Notes under the pieces: model-generated | Database searches by the model: none | Told to the model about the DNA's origin: nothing | What the model saw: the letters and a program-made list of their open reading frames with translations, nothing else | Position numbers and translations under genes: made by a program | NCBI RefSeq assembly: GCF_001194135.2 | Contig: NC_068994.1 | Location: 40,089,033-40,146,486, forward strand | Length of the DNA: 57,454 nucleotides | Origin: Octopus bimaculoides | Taxonomy: Eukaryota | Reading direction: 5' to 3' | Shown: positions 34,095 through 46,406 of the stretch, one piece after another | Numbering within the stretch: the stretch's first letter is position 1 | How the letters are laid out: the number at the start of each line of letters is the position of its first letter

Positions 34095-34515
34095 CTATAA
34101 ACAGAGAAGAGGGAGAGGAGGGGGATATGCGAAGGGAGAAGGGGAGAGAGGAGAGCAAGGAGGAGAGGGGTGGTGAAAGAGGAGAGGGGACGGAGAGGAA
34201 GAGAGGGGATAGAGAGAAGGAGAGGGGACGGAGAGGAAGAGAGGGGATGGAGAGAAGGAGAGGGGACGGAGAGGAGGAGAAGGGATGGAGAGAGGAGAAG
34301 GGATGGAGAGAGGAGAAGGGATGGAGAGAGGAGAAGGGATGGAGAGAGGAGAAGGGATGGAGAGAGGAGAAGGGATGGAGAGAGGAGAAGGGATGGAGAG
34401 AGGAGAAGGGATGGAGAGAGGAGAAGGGATGGAGAGAGGAGAAGGGATGGAGAGAGGAGAAGGGATGGAGAGAGTGAGATGAAAGAGAGTGAGATGGAGA
34501 GAGAGAGAGAGAGCA
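34095..34515. repeat. Polypurine minisatellite: 38-bp units then 11 copies of an 18-bp unit (GGAGAGAGGAGAAGGGAT)
   Basis: Period 38 at 34181-34256; period 18 at about 34268-34470. Confidence 0.95.
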
Positions 34516-34559
34516 ACATGAAGACAAGAGAAACATTAACCATTCTGATATTGAATAAG

Positions 34560-34810
34560 TCAGTTGAGTCAGTGACACCAAAACACCTCTGCCAAAATGT
34601 CTCATACTCCTTGATAAAGAGGGAGTGGGGTGGGGTGGAGGCAGTGCTTACAGCCTTTTGCAGGCTTTCTGAGACTGATCAGACTGATGCTGTTAATGTT
34701 CAACTTTCAATATGCCGCAAGTCAACACTTGCAGAAATGTCATAAACGGGAAGGAAATTCCAAAGAGCCAACATTCTGGAAACGAAGGATTGAATATGGG
34801 GATCAGATTG
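34560..34810 (-). mobile_element. CR1/L2-group LINE 3' end
   Basis: QSFVSRMLALWNFLP...DLRHIES matches the SFF.R...LWN.LP terminal motif. Confidence 0.6.
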
Positions 34811-34933
34811 ATTGCTAATAGAGTGGGGTGGAGGTAGACACAGTGGGGAGAAGAGAGAAGAAGAGACACAGAGAAGAGAGAAGAAGAGACACAGAGAAGA
34901 GAGAAGTGACAGGGGCACACGCCCAGCCAGACT

Positions 34934-35160
34934 GGAGGTACATGACTTAGTGGTCAGGGTGTTGGAATCATGATCATAAGATTGTGATTTCAATTCTTGG
35001 ACCAGGCTGCGAGTTGTGTTCTTGAGCAAAACACTTCATTTCACATTGCTCCACTCCACTCAGCTGGCAAAAATGAGTAATCCTGTGATGGACCAGCGTC
35101 CCATCCAGGTGGGGAATATATATGCCATGAAACCAGGAAACTGGCCTTTATGAGTCGGTA
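34934..35160 (+). mobile_element. tRNA-headed SINE family B
   Basis: Box A-like TGACTTAGTGG, box B-like GATTTCAATTC; colinear with 12390-12600. Confidence 0.85.
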
Positions 35161-36869
35161 TGATACAGGGATACAGTGACCATTATAGTAACCAAAGAAA
35201 AGGCAGGGAGAGGAAACATCATACATGGAACCCAGGGGCTGGAACATGTCTAAGTAATTTTTTGTGACCAAGCACTTGAGTGGCCTCTCTCTGGGTACAG
35301 ATTAGAATGTGTGTGTGTGTGCAGTAACAACACCATAGCAGATGTGGGGGGCAGTAATCTGTTGTAGAGTTTGCCATTATGAAAAACAGGCATTTAATAG
35401 TGAATATCCTTTTCCTGAGAGTAACAACCTGGTGCATTATCAACCAAATTCACAGCTCAATCTTCAAATTGTCAACAAAAGTGAATTATTCTTATAATTT
35501 CTATTCTGTACATTATAACCAAAATATGACAGGAATAATAAACCAGCACAATAGCGTTTTGATAGACAATAAATATTTTTTTTAATGTTTTAAAACAAGT
35601 AAATATTACATGCTGATTTGAGTATCTCACAGAAGAACTCAATGGAATGTCTACAACCATCCCAGGAACTAGATTGCCAATACTTCATCAAATTGATCAG
35701 TGCATATGATATGCATGACACATAATTCTCTAATTTATCTGTTAATATATTCAAGAAAATATATTGAAGTTGTGATGTTTATTCCTTTTCTAAAACATTA
35801 CCTGAATAAATTAAGCCATTCCATTGAGAAACTGAAACTGGAACTGGTCTAGAGATATCACTTTCTAGAAAGTTGTTAGAGCATTATATACAGATAAATA
35901 AAATAATTTCCACAACTTGTGAAGTTTTTTGATAGAAGTTTCTTTTTTATTTTTATTTTATGCTAAACAAACGGCACTAATGAGTCAAAATAAAAAAAAG
36001 TTGGCTGGATATGTCGATCTATCTTATGTTTTCGCTTGATCAATATTGGTTATTTTAGCGCAATTAAATCCTTTAATGCAAGTAATTACCTCCCATACAT
36101 ACACTCTCCACAAAGCCACCATAATTAAGACATAAAATAAAGGTAATTTGGCAGTAAATGTAATGGCATTAATAAATAAATAAAAAATAATAATAACAAT
36201 AATAATAATCATAATAATTTAGAATTCAGGACCAGATGGAAGATAAAATAATTTCTAATCTGCAATGTATTAAACATTAACATTTATTTTATACCTTAAT
36301 GTATTTACTTACTTATTACTTGAAAATAACTCTATCTATTTCACTTCTGTAATAGATGTATAAAGATTTCAAATCCTAGATGCATAAATTTATCCATTTA
36401 TTTTTCATACACCATGATAGATACTTTAAGGGTAACCAGAATGCTGAATAGACAGACACAACTTCACTTAATGTAAAGAAATACTATTTGGAAAGTAGGT
36501 GTGTAGTCTATATTTGATAATGGAGATGCAGGTAGATATCGTAAAATGTATTCTAAATGTGTCATGCAATCGTGCGTTTTTGTATATTAGTAGGCAATAG
36601 GAGAGTGGTGAATGGTAAGCAAATGTGTAGAATGATTTTAAAAACTTATCTGCTAAAATATATCATGATTGTTGAAGTGATTTTAACGATTACATTGGTG
36701 AACAGCAAAATCTCTAGATACTCACTGATATAAGTATAGTAATAGATATCAGGAAATTTCTGATGCAAAGTGTTATATTATTATATGTAATAGAACCTCC
36801 CAACAAAATCAGAAAAAGAAATTGGTGATGTCTACATTATACTCTACTTCATTATATTACATTACACAC

Positions 36870-37025
36870 TCTTACATTCTGAGTTCAAATTCTGCCAAGG
36901 TCAACTTTGCTTTTTAACCTTTCAGGCTCGATAAAATAAATACCAGTTGTGCACTGGAGTCAATGTAATCAACTTACTACCAACCCCGAAATTGCTGGCC
37001 TTGTGCCAAAATTTGAAACCAGTAT
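36870..37025 (+). mobile_element. SINE family C 3' part
   Basis: ttctgagttcaaattctgccaaggtcaactttgc...gataaaataaataccagtt. Confidence 0.8.
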
Positions 37026-37330
37026 TACATTATACAATATTTTGCTATACTATACAGGACTGCAGGTCTACTCTACATTTTACACCACTCCAATACATTG
37101 TACCATATTGTATTATAATAGGCTACAATTAACTCCATTTCACCACACAACTCTATACTTTACAACACTCTACAACATTACACTAGACAACACTACATTA
37201 CACAACACTATGCTGTGCTTCACTCTACTACAACATGCTACACTATACTATGCATTTCACTATACTTCACTTCAAAGCATTACACCAGGCTAAATGACAT
37301 TACTCCACTTTGCACTGAATTAAATTACAC
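37025..37330. repeat. Degenerate pentamer repeat (ACACT/ACATT-like); similar tract at 38745-38900
   Basis: 5-bp periodicity visible (tacac/tacaa/cacta). Confidence 0.7.
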
Positions 37331-37639
37331 CACAGCACACTGGCACTCCATTGGTTATGATGATGAGGGTTCCAGTTGATCCAATCAATGGAACAGCCTC
37401 CTCGTGAAATTAGCATGCAGGTAGCTTGAAAGAATTTTCTGGAGCCATTACTGTGTTTGACCAACACCTCATGTTTTTGAACTATCTGCTTAATCTCTCG
37501 TGATATGTTGGTGGTTGCTGACATCTGAAGAATCAAAACAAACCCTGACATCACAATCTCTTGACACTGGACAACCCCATGGAGTTTCATTTTTTTCTAT
37601 ATCACACCTATGTCAGTAGTTGTTAGTTTTATACATAAT

Positions 37640-37821
37640 GGTTGCGAATTTTGGCACAAAACCAGCAATTTTAGAAGCAGAGTTAAGTTGATTACATCGA
37701 CCCCAGTGTTCAACTGATACTTATTTGATCAATTCCACCACCACCACCACCATCACCAAAAAAAAAAAAGGAATGTAAAATATGAAAGCCAAAGCTGAAC
37801 CATAGCGAAATTTGAACTCAG
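37640..37821 (-). mobile_element. SINE family C fragment running into the gap
   Basis: ttttggcacaaaaccagcaatt...gattacatcgaccccagtg...gaaatttgaactcag. Confidence 0.65.
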
Positions 37822-38262
37822 NNNNNNNNNNNNNNNNNNNNNNNNNNNNNNNNNNNNNNNNNNNNNNNNNNNNNNNNNNNNNNNNNNNNNNNNNNNNNNN
37901 NNNNNNNNNNNNNNNNNNNNNNNNNNNNNNNNNNNNNNNNNNNNNNNNNNNNNNNNNNNNNNNNNNNNNNNNNNNNNNNNNNNNNNNNNNNNNNNNNNNN
38001 NNNNNNNNNNNNNNNNNNNNNNNNNNNNNNNNNNNNNNNNNNNNNNNNNNNNNNNNNNNNNNNNNNNNNNNNNNNNNNNNNNNNNNNNNNNNNNNNNNNN
38101 NNNNNNNNNNNNNNNNNNNNNNNNNNNNNNNNNNNNNNNNNNNNNNNNNNNNNNNNNNNNNNNNNNNNNNNNNNNNNNNNNNNNNNNNNNNNNNNNNNNN
38201 NNNNNNNNNNNNNNNNNNNNNNNNNNNNNNNNNNNNNNNNNNNNNNNNNNNNNNNNNNNNNN

Positions 38263-38562
38263 CATTTTAAATTTGCTTTAACCCTAACCCTAACCCTACG
38301 GTTAGGGTTAGGGTTAGGGTTAATTGTTTCAGAATCGTTTGTTTATGTAGTCGGTGCTTAATGTATATCGGCTGAATGGATGTCAGTGATTGGTTGAAAT
38401 TACAGAAATACGACAACTTTAACATGGAATAAGTTATGGATTTCTTTTTTTTTTTAAGAAGACTAAGAGAAAAAGATGTTTTATATGACACATTCTACCA
38501 GTGTTCCAAGTTTCAAAGTGTTTCGTTAATGAAAAATGTGGCCCCAGTTTTAAAAAAGATCC
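38263..38562. mobile_element. Interspersed element carrying a telomere-repeat palindrome (HINE/MITE-like; left end in gap)
   Basis: (TAACCC)3-ACGGT-(TAGGGT)3 at 38278-38323; CpG-containing body; CATTTT after the gap complements AAAATG at 38533-38538. Confidence 0.5.
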
Positions 38563-39497
38563 AGTTTCAGTTATAATGACATTGTTACTGAAACATGAAA
38601 TTAAAGAATGTCAAATACAATTACATATATATTATCAATAATGAAATATTTCATGTAATATAGGAGAAATGAGTTAAAGCCATCTGATAAGTGTCATGGT
38701 ACCTTTTCTATTATGTGTTTGCTCCCACTAAGTTTAGAACCTGGATACACCTCTGACTAAAGTACATTACAATACACCACATTGCTCAACACCACACTGA
38801 AATACACCACATTACATTACACAGAACATATAGTTTACTCCCACCATACTACACTATACTACATAACATTGTATTTCCTTATAGAGCACCACACTAAACA
38901 TGGGTAACAGATTTAATCCAATATCCTGATTAACTCCATTATCAACTCCTTTGCTGGCTTTATAAAAATTCACTTTGTTATAAACATTCACACCAAATCT
39001 CTGGTCTGACAATAACTTTTTCCCCTCCAGTCTTGAAGCCCTTGGAAATGATAATAAGTGCTAGCCTGTCTCCCGACATATGGAAACAAATAAATAGATA
39101 AAAAATAAAAACATAAAACTAGGACTGAAACCTGTCCAGACTTGTCATGCTGGCAAAGGTCAAATTTACTCTCCACTGCATACTATTTTTAAATAATTTA
39201 GTTTGAACTCTAGATTTATCTACCCTGCCTTTTTTTACTAGAATTATTAATCAAGATAAATGCTTCTAATTTAGGCAAAGGCTAAAACTTTTGTGGGGAG
39301 AACACCAGTGTTTAATTTCACCACAAGGTCCAGTCTTTGTTGTAGTGTAGTAGCTTGTGTACCTCAATACCCTGAGAGCCAAACCAGCTAAGTGCAAGCT
39401 CCTGGTAGGGCCTTTCATATTGAACAGGTTAAAGTACTAAGGGAAGACTAATATGAGTCACCTCTTCCCCAATGTAAAAATAGATTTGCATAAAAAT

Positions 39498-39625
39498 AGG
39501 CACGCGAGTGGTTGTGTGGTAAGAAGCTTGCTTCCGAACCATGTGATTTGGGGTTCAGTCCCCACTACATGACACCTTGGGCAAGTGTCTTCTACTGTAG
39601 CCTCTGGTCAATCAAAGCCTTGTTA
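39498..39625 (+). mobile_element. SINE family A head
   Basis: aggcacgcgagtggttgtgtggtaagaagcttgctt...gggttcagtccc...ccttgggcaagtgtc. Confidence 0.8.
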
Positions 39626-40444
39626 GTGTTTTACATAGGGAGTATTTGAACTCAGAACATACAAAGCCAGAATAAATATTACAAACCAATTCTTTGTCCA
39701 CTACTCTAACAATTCTGCCACTCCACCAAATTTAGTAGTAATTAAGATAATGATTTTTATTTCTCTTCACCATGGGTGTAATTTTAATCAATTAAAATTT
39801 TTTGGTTCAATACATTAAATATGTTAGCACCAACATTACTAACAACTATGCAGTCTGATGGAATGTTTTATATATATATATATTATACCAGAAACAAAAA
39901 GAAAGCATGATCTGTACTGGGAATGTAAACTTCAATAGTAGGAGAAAGTATTAAGTCATTAGTGAAAGGGAGGACGTCTGGAAATGTATATTATGTCTCC
40001 ATGGCAACTAACTTTTAGAGAAAAATACCTCAGAAACATATACATGGACAGGAAGTATAAATATTGAATAGATAAGTTCATAAATAAATTTACATATGTA
40101 TGTTTAATAAACATACATTTACCTTTGTTGTGAAAAAGACTATATGGTTAAATCGCACAGCTTGCCTTTAAGAAGCGAGTAAAGAACAACTTATTTTGTC
40201 TAATTTTACCAGCTTAGCAAGATCATTTATCTCATCTGATGGAGAGAGAGAGAGGAGGATAGATTGAGAGGGAGAGGAGAGCCTTACAACTACTTATGAA
40301 AGATGGAATTAGCAATAGGCACTAATTTTGCTCATTTGCATATAGGTAATTTCCTAAAACAATTATTTTTCTGCCATATCCAAACCATGGATGTATATGG
40401 GTGAGTTATGTATATGTAATACTGGTAACATGTAATATGACATA

Positions 40445-40825
40445 CCATACAACTTGTTGCATGGTCAGAGCATTGGCAATTAAACCAACAAGCCTACCAA
40501 ATCTGCTTGATCAGGATGGAGGGTTTTGTTGGATGCCTTGCAAGATGCAGAACAAAAGCTGTCAAAAGGACAGCTGAACTCAGTAGAGTCAACAGTTACC
40601 CAACAGATGGGAATTTGAGATGTCTAGTCTAAGTTGAGATGCCTAGTCTAAGTTAAGATATCTCTCTAGAAAAGAGAATTTTCCAAAATAACAACTGCCT
40701 CATTGCACTGCCAGAGATCTTGCTCTTGCTTGTTTCTGGACTACTTGACTTTGCAGATGAGAGCCTTAGTGTGTTCTACAGGCTGTTATTGACTTTAAAT
40801 TCCAGCATGGACGTTTCTGACGGCC
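40445..40825. repeat. Interspersed repeat family D (copy 2), with a 19-bp tandem duplication at 40617-40654
   Basis: Colinear with 5985-6370. Confidence 0.65.
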
Positions 40826-40972
40826 ACTACCGTAGTTAGAGAGTGTGCTGCCTGGAGCGTCCATTCCGTTTGCTGACCCTGGACCCCACAAAAAGCCACA
40901 TATTGTCTACAACAGACCCAAAAGTATCGTCCCTTCAAAAGTGCCACCTGGGGCAGACTGCCCCTACTGCCT
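40826..40972. mobile_element. Possible short non-autonomous DNA transposon truncated by the adjacent LINE
   Basis: GC-rich ends (actaccgtagttagagagtgtgctgcctgg / gccacctggggcagactgcccc) resemble hAT-like subterminal motifs; weak. Confidence 0.3.
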
Positions 40973-41385
40973 CATCATCATCATCATCATCATCCAGTAT
41001 TTTAAATCCAGGTTTTATCCCCATTAACAGGGGTGGCCAGATCTACCTCAATACCATAGCACCCACCCTCATACCATCTCGCCATCTTGCCCAGTTTTGG
41101 GCATCCTCCTTTTTCAATCTCTTTCTCCACCTGTCCCCTCCACCTTTTTCTCGGTCTACCTCACTTTCACGCTCCATTTACCTCAAATGCAATCACCCTC
41201 TTCAGAACATGCTCTTGATCCCTCCTCAACACATGCCCATACCACCTCATGCCATTCGCCCTTTCCACCAAATCCTCAGTCCTCCTCTTATCAAATAGCT
41301 TCACCCCACACATTTCTCTCATCGTTGCTCTCTCAGTCCTTCTCAAAATTACAATCTCTCTCACCTTCAGACACCAGATAATGCT
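40973..41385 (-). mobile_element. RTE-type LINE 3' end (second family)
   Basis: ILRRTERATMREMCGVKL...MRWYGHVLRRD..HVLKR; (TGA)n tail at 40973-40993. Confidence 0.85.
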
Positions 41386-41614
41386 TTGTAGAAAAGAATA
41401 CAAGTGGGGTTTGTAAAGTTGACATGTTTGGAACTGACTTACATAACATGCCTTCAGTGTAAAGAAAAAAGTAACTTCTACTCATAACCATGTTTATTTT
41501 TTCCTTCTTTTCTAGAATTTATTATGTCTTTTATCTTTTATTGCCAATTTGAATATGCCAGTAATAACATTGCATTTATACACATCACTGCTTAGTGCTC
41601 TCACCCCACTTCTA

Positions 41615-41870
41615 TCTTTTATCTTTTACTTGTTTCGATCATTGGACTAGAGCCATGTTAGGGTACCACCTTCAAAGGTCTTAGTTGAACAGATCGATCA
41701 TAGTTCTTATTTTTTAAGTCTGGTACTTATTCTATTATTCTATCAGATTCATTTTCATGAGCCACTAAGTTACATAAACACACCTGTTATGCATAGTGGG
41801 ACTGATCCTGAAACCACATAGGAGACCATATGATAGCATAGCAAGCTCCTTAACCACACAACCATGTCTA
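41615..41870 (-). mobile_element. SINE family A, diverged and internally deleted
   Basis: cttttacttgtttcgatcattggact...gtgggactgatcctgaaaccaca. Confidence 0.65.
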
Positions 41871-42904
41871 TGTCAGAGATTAATACTTATCACCACCGCC
41901 GCCGCCGCCATCACCATCATGGTTGGATGCCCTTCATAACAATCAACCATTTTTACAGATTGTACTTGGTGTATTTTTCCATATCCCCAGTATCATAGAT
42001 ATTGTCTTACCATCAGGAAGACTAAGGATCCTTCCTGCTCAGGAAATATATCATTGTAGCTCAATTCAATAACCAATCACTCAGTGTGTACTAGATGCTT
42101 TTTTGTGGCACCAGCACTGTTAGAGTTACCTTGTTACTTGCAAAGCAAAAGAGAGTAGCATCCAAATGAAAGGAGCAGATTTATTGAGTGAATGATAATG
42201 GAGAGAATCACAGAAGGACCATTGTTGGACTAACCATCACAAGAAATATTATCAATGTGTACCCGAGTAGATTCTTTTGATACATAGCTATGGTACAATA
42301 TTTTTATTGAGCTTATTTATTTGTTTATCTTTTATGACTGAGTGTAAAGAGGAAGGTTGGTAGCCATGAGCCTTTTTATTGACAGGTAGGATGAAGAGTG
42401 GAGGTCATCTCCACACCAAAAACTCCACCTGAGTGTTTGCAGCTCAGAGACTTCCAATTTTGCTATTCACTTTAATTTTTTATATGCTCTACTGATTCTA
42501 TCAGAAGTCTTTAGAATTATATCTAACTCACTACATTTTTTTTACTTTCCAGTTTTCTCTAGGTTAAAATTTCTGATGATACACTGTTTGGTGATAGACA
42601 AATAATTATTTCACAGTTAACTAATTGCAGCTAATAAAGAATCAGTGAAGCACTCAGACCAATTTAATTGATTGATATTAGTGTCTATCAGGCTTCTTCA
42701 AGCAAGAGACTAAAGCTGAAATTCCCAAACAAAACTTTTTAGGGTTGCTTGTGTTTTCAGGGAATAATAGGGTAAAGCCCAATAGATAGAGTGTTCATAC
42801 AAGGAGCAAGGCATCAAATATTACTTGCTTTGAAATACATAATGATGGAACAATCTCACACAAAGGCAATAATTACGGGTATATGTAGTGTGATAGATTG
42901 ATAG

Positions 42905-43100
42905 AACCATGAATGCATTAGTGCAAAGGATTGTTGCAATTCTCTGGACTTTCAGTTCAAATCCCATCATAGTCAGGTTTATTATTCATCCTTTCAGAGT
43001 TGATAAAATAAAGTACCAATCCAGGATGGCAGACTGGCTGAAATGTTAGAATACTGAACAAGATACCATGTGGTATCTGTTCCAGCTCTTTGTCTTCTGA
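42905..43100 (+). mobile_element. SINE family C, diverged
   Basis: tcagttcaaatccc...ttcatcctttcagagttgataaaataaagtacca. Confidence 0.55.
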
Positions 43101-43909
43101 AAGTGACACCTACAACAATGCTGGTGCCAAGCTGGATTGGCCCTAAACCAGTGACCCTCTCCCTTGAATAACATTGACAGCATGGCAAGAGGAAGCTCAC
43201 ATGCATGGACAACAATAGCTAGTCTTTTTCAAAGACCTTTGCCCAAGTCTGAACATACAAGGGCAGACAGATGGTCAACTCTGCCCAATAATGGCCAGGG
43301 ATGTTTCTATAGCTATACCCGATGCAACTCAGAATAAGAAGTCTAGACTAGAAACAAAATTAAAAAATGCAATATTCGGCATGGATTTACAGCAGACGTT
43401 TTACTACTATACCCCTTCTGTTTGATGTCTAAGGATATCTTTATCCAAATGAAAGCAAAACACTTTAGGTAGCTACAGCTAGGAAATTAACTTAATGGCT
43501 TAATGATAAAATATCAGTTTAGATTCTGATGCAATATCAGATAACTTAAATGTTATGTTTTTATTCTACCAGATTTGATTTCCTCTGATATCCTACTGGT
43601 GTTAAAGAAATAAATGTTATCAATGAATAGACATATGTAGCTAAAAAATATAGAGGCCATGACTAACTATTCCTTCTCAAAATAAACAAAATGATTTAAA
43701 TAAAGACTTAAAAATACCTCAGCAATTTTCATAAAAATCGATGTAAAGCAATAAACTAATTTATCTCATAATATAAAAATCATTTATCTCTTTGACTATT
43801 TCAGAATATTTTCAGTTAACCAACGTTTGATGCAGCCGTGCTTGACCAAGCAAACCCATTTGACATCACAATACATGTTGCCTCTAGTTTCTGCTCTAAT
43901 GTGTTTTTC

Positions 43910-43955
<46 letters not shown>

Positions 43956-44179
43956 ACGTGTGTATATATACATACATATACACATTCATGTGTATGTATA
44001 TATGTGTGTATGTGTGTGTGTGTGCCTGCATGCGTGTATACATACATATATACATTCATGTGTATATACGAATGCGTATGTGTTTTTATGTGCATATATA
44101 TTTCTATGTATGTGTGTGTGTGTGTGTGTGTATATGTGCGTGTGCATATATATATATATGTATATATATNNNNNNNNNN

Positions 44180-44217
<38 letters not shown>

Positions 44218-45159
44218 TAGGTAAACAAAAAGACATAACTAATAGATAACACAGATTAAACCTATGTAAACAAACTCAGAAGGTGGAAATTTAAAATATT
44301 TTAGCTGACATTATAGAAAAAAGACGTAATGACTTGATGAACATTATGTGATTGCCAACACACGTATACACTCAGCAGATGAAATATTGGAAGTTCTAAA
44401 CTATTGAACGAAAATTTGAGATGTGTCTCAAAACCAGAATTTTTGTCTACTTGCTTTAATTAATTGAAAAAGTAAAAAAAAAAGATAAATAAATATAAAA
44501 AATAGAAAATAAAGTAAACAGAGGCAGAAAGAGAGAGAGAAGAGTGTATGTGTGTGTAAGTGTGTGTGCATGTGTGCGTGAGAGAGAGAAAGAGAGGGAA
44601 AAGCAAAAAGAATATTTAGTTGCATTTCTAAACTGGACAAATATTTGAAGAAGAATATATTCAGCAATTCATGTACTACTATTAGATGAAAAATCTAATT
44701 GATCTTTTATGGTGACTGTTAAAAAACAGACTAAATATTTCAGTAACGAAGACATTATTTAATCATGCTGAAACAAAATTACATAAAAGATTAAAAAAAA
44801 AAAATGTTTACAAAACCTATTTACTATTCCCTCTTAACTTTTTTAAATGGGCTGGTTTGAAATTTTCAAGAGAAATATTTTTTTTCATTCAGTTGAAAAT
44901 AAAACCCAAGATAAACAAAATTAATGTTGCATTCTGTGATAAAATATGGATAAAATTAGGTATACCATTCACAGCTCTATCTATGTATTTTCTATAGCCT
45001 TTTGGAGTACCAGTTTATAGTATTCTAAAGACAGTCTTCTTCTAAATACCTTGTTTACTCTTCATTTCCAGTAAGTATCTCACACCTTCTTCCTTCTCTT
45101 CCCCCCCCCCTTTCATGAAGAATGGATATAATTTAACAGATGTCAAATAAAGTCATGTA

Positions 45160-45290
45160 AAGGCATGTGGCCTAATGGTTTGGCTTTTGGACTCATGGCT
45201 GTAAGATCAGGGTTCAATTCCTAGACAGGTTGATGCATTGTGTCCTTGGGCATGGCACTCCATTTCAAATTCCTTCAGTCCTCTTTGCTA
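45160..45290 (+). mobile_element. SINE family B head
   Basis: ggcatgtggcctaatggtt...gggttcaattcctagac...ttgtgtccttgggca. Confidence 0.6.
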
Positions 45291-45554
45291 AAATTTAATC
45301 AAATTTGTAGCAGAGTCAGAATGAACAACACAAGATCTACCATTTGATGCTCTAACGACCCAGTCACTTCACTGCTTCTAACATTGGTTTGAATGCAAGT
45401 GATTAAAACTCAGAATTCAAGCCATTTTAATTGTTATTTGTATAGAAAGTTTGATAATCAATATATGATAGTAAAATTGAATCAATAAAAGCTAACAGTA
45501 ATAGATCAATTGTAAAAAAAGTTAAGATTTAAGCACTAGATATGTAATATCTTC

Positions 45555-45960
45555 TTCATTATCATCACCATCATCATTTTAACATCCACTTTAGCATGCT
45601 TTCAGATAGACTTTGTTGAGACAGATATTCTCCTGATAGATGCTCTTCCTGTCATCTACCTTCACTTGTTTCCCAAGTAATGTAATATTTCCCCATAACT
45701 GGACGTGTTTCTAAGGATGAGTGGAAACAAATGAGACAGCTTGTATGATAATAACACTAATTTGCGACTATTGACTATGAAGTCAAGATGCACACACACA
45801 CACACACACACACAGGATTTCTCACTGTTTCTGCCAACCATATTAACTCACAGGGCTTTGATTAGCCCATGCCTATAATAGAAGACATTTGTCCAAGATG
45901 CCTTGCTGTGTATCTGAACTTGAAACCAAATGGCTGGGAAACAAACTTCTTAATCATACT
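45555..45960 (-). mobile_element. Composite SINE: family A head plus alternative tail
   Basis: Colinear with 7497-7925. Confidence 0.7.
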
Positions 45961-46228
45961 TGCAACCAGCATATGTTGTTGGCCATTATAATGTGACTCA
46001 TATAAATTTCTCATAGAAATTCTTGTTGGTAAAAAAAGGGCTATTACTTAGTGAACAGTGATGCTTTGGCACTCACTTCAAAACTTGGTCTGGCATATTA
46101 CATTTAATATGAAGAGATATGCTTAAAATTCAACCAACATTTTCAGAAAAACCAAAAATATACAGTAAATTTTTCAAGTTTATTTATATACTAGAAAAAA
46201 GGGATTAAAACAAAGATATCTACTAGAG

Positions 46229-46406
46229 CAGTGCTCTGCAACCTTTTATCAGTTGCAGTACACTTATATTCTTTTCGAAATTCGACAGTACACCTGAACT
46301 AAAAATATGACTAAAAGTATAGGGAAAACAATTATATTCAGGCTACACTGTGGCACACCTAGCATCATCTCGTGGCACACCAGTGCATACCAGTTGTGGA
46401 ACACTG
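46229..46406. mobile_element. hAT (Charlie-like) MITE, 178 bp
   Basis: TIRs CAGTGCTCTGCAAC / GTTGTGGAACACTG; 8-bp TSD TACTAGAG (46221-46228) / TACTAGGG (46407-46414). Confidence 0.8.

Noticed and set aside
33841-34745. ORFs of 116-254 aa (REEKGW, SSLHPF, ERRRDG repeats)
   Set aside because: Translations of the 18-bp purine minisatellite; open in all frames by composition
34655-34778. Strong minus-strand acceptor and GTAAGC donor as a protocadherin exon
   Set aside because: The sequence is better explained as a CR1-type LINE C-terminus, and phase 0 stops after 11 codons
35390-35480. LVDNAPG on the minus strand resembling the pogo/Tigger DNAPGH motif
   Set aside because: Too short, with no supporting upstream motifs or TIRs
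38278-38323. Ancient telomere-to-telomere fusion site
   Set aside because: A fusion scar reads (TTAGGG)n then (CCCTAA)n; the order here is reversed, only three units per arm, and it is embedded in a repeat-like element
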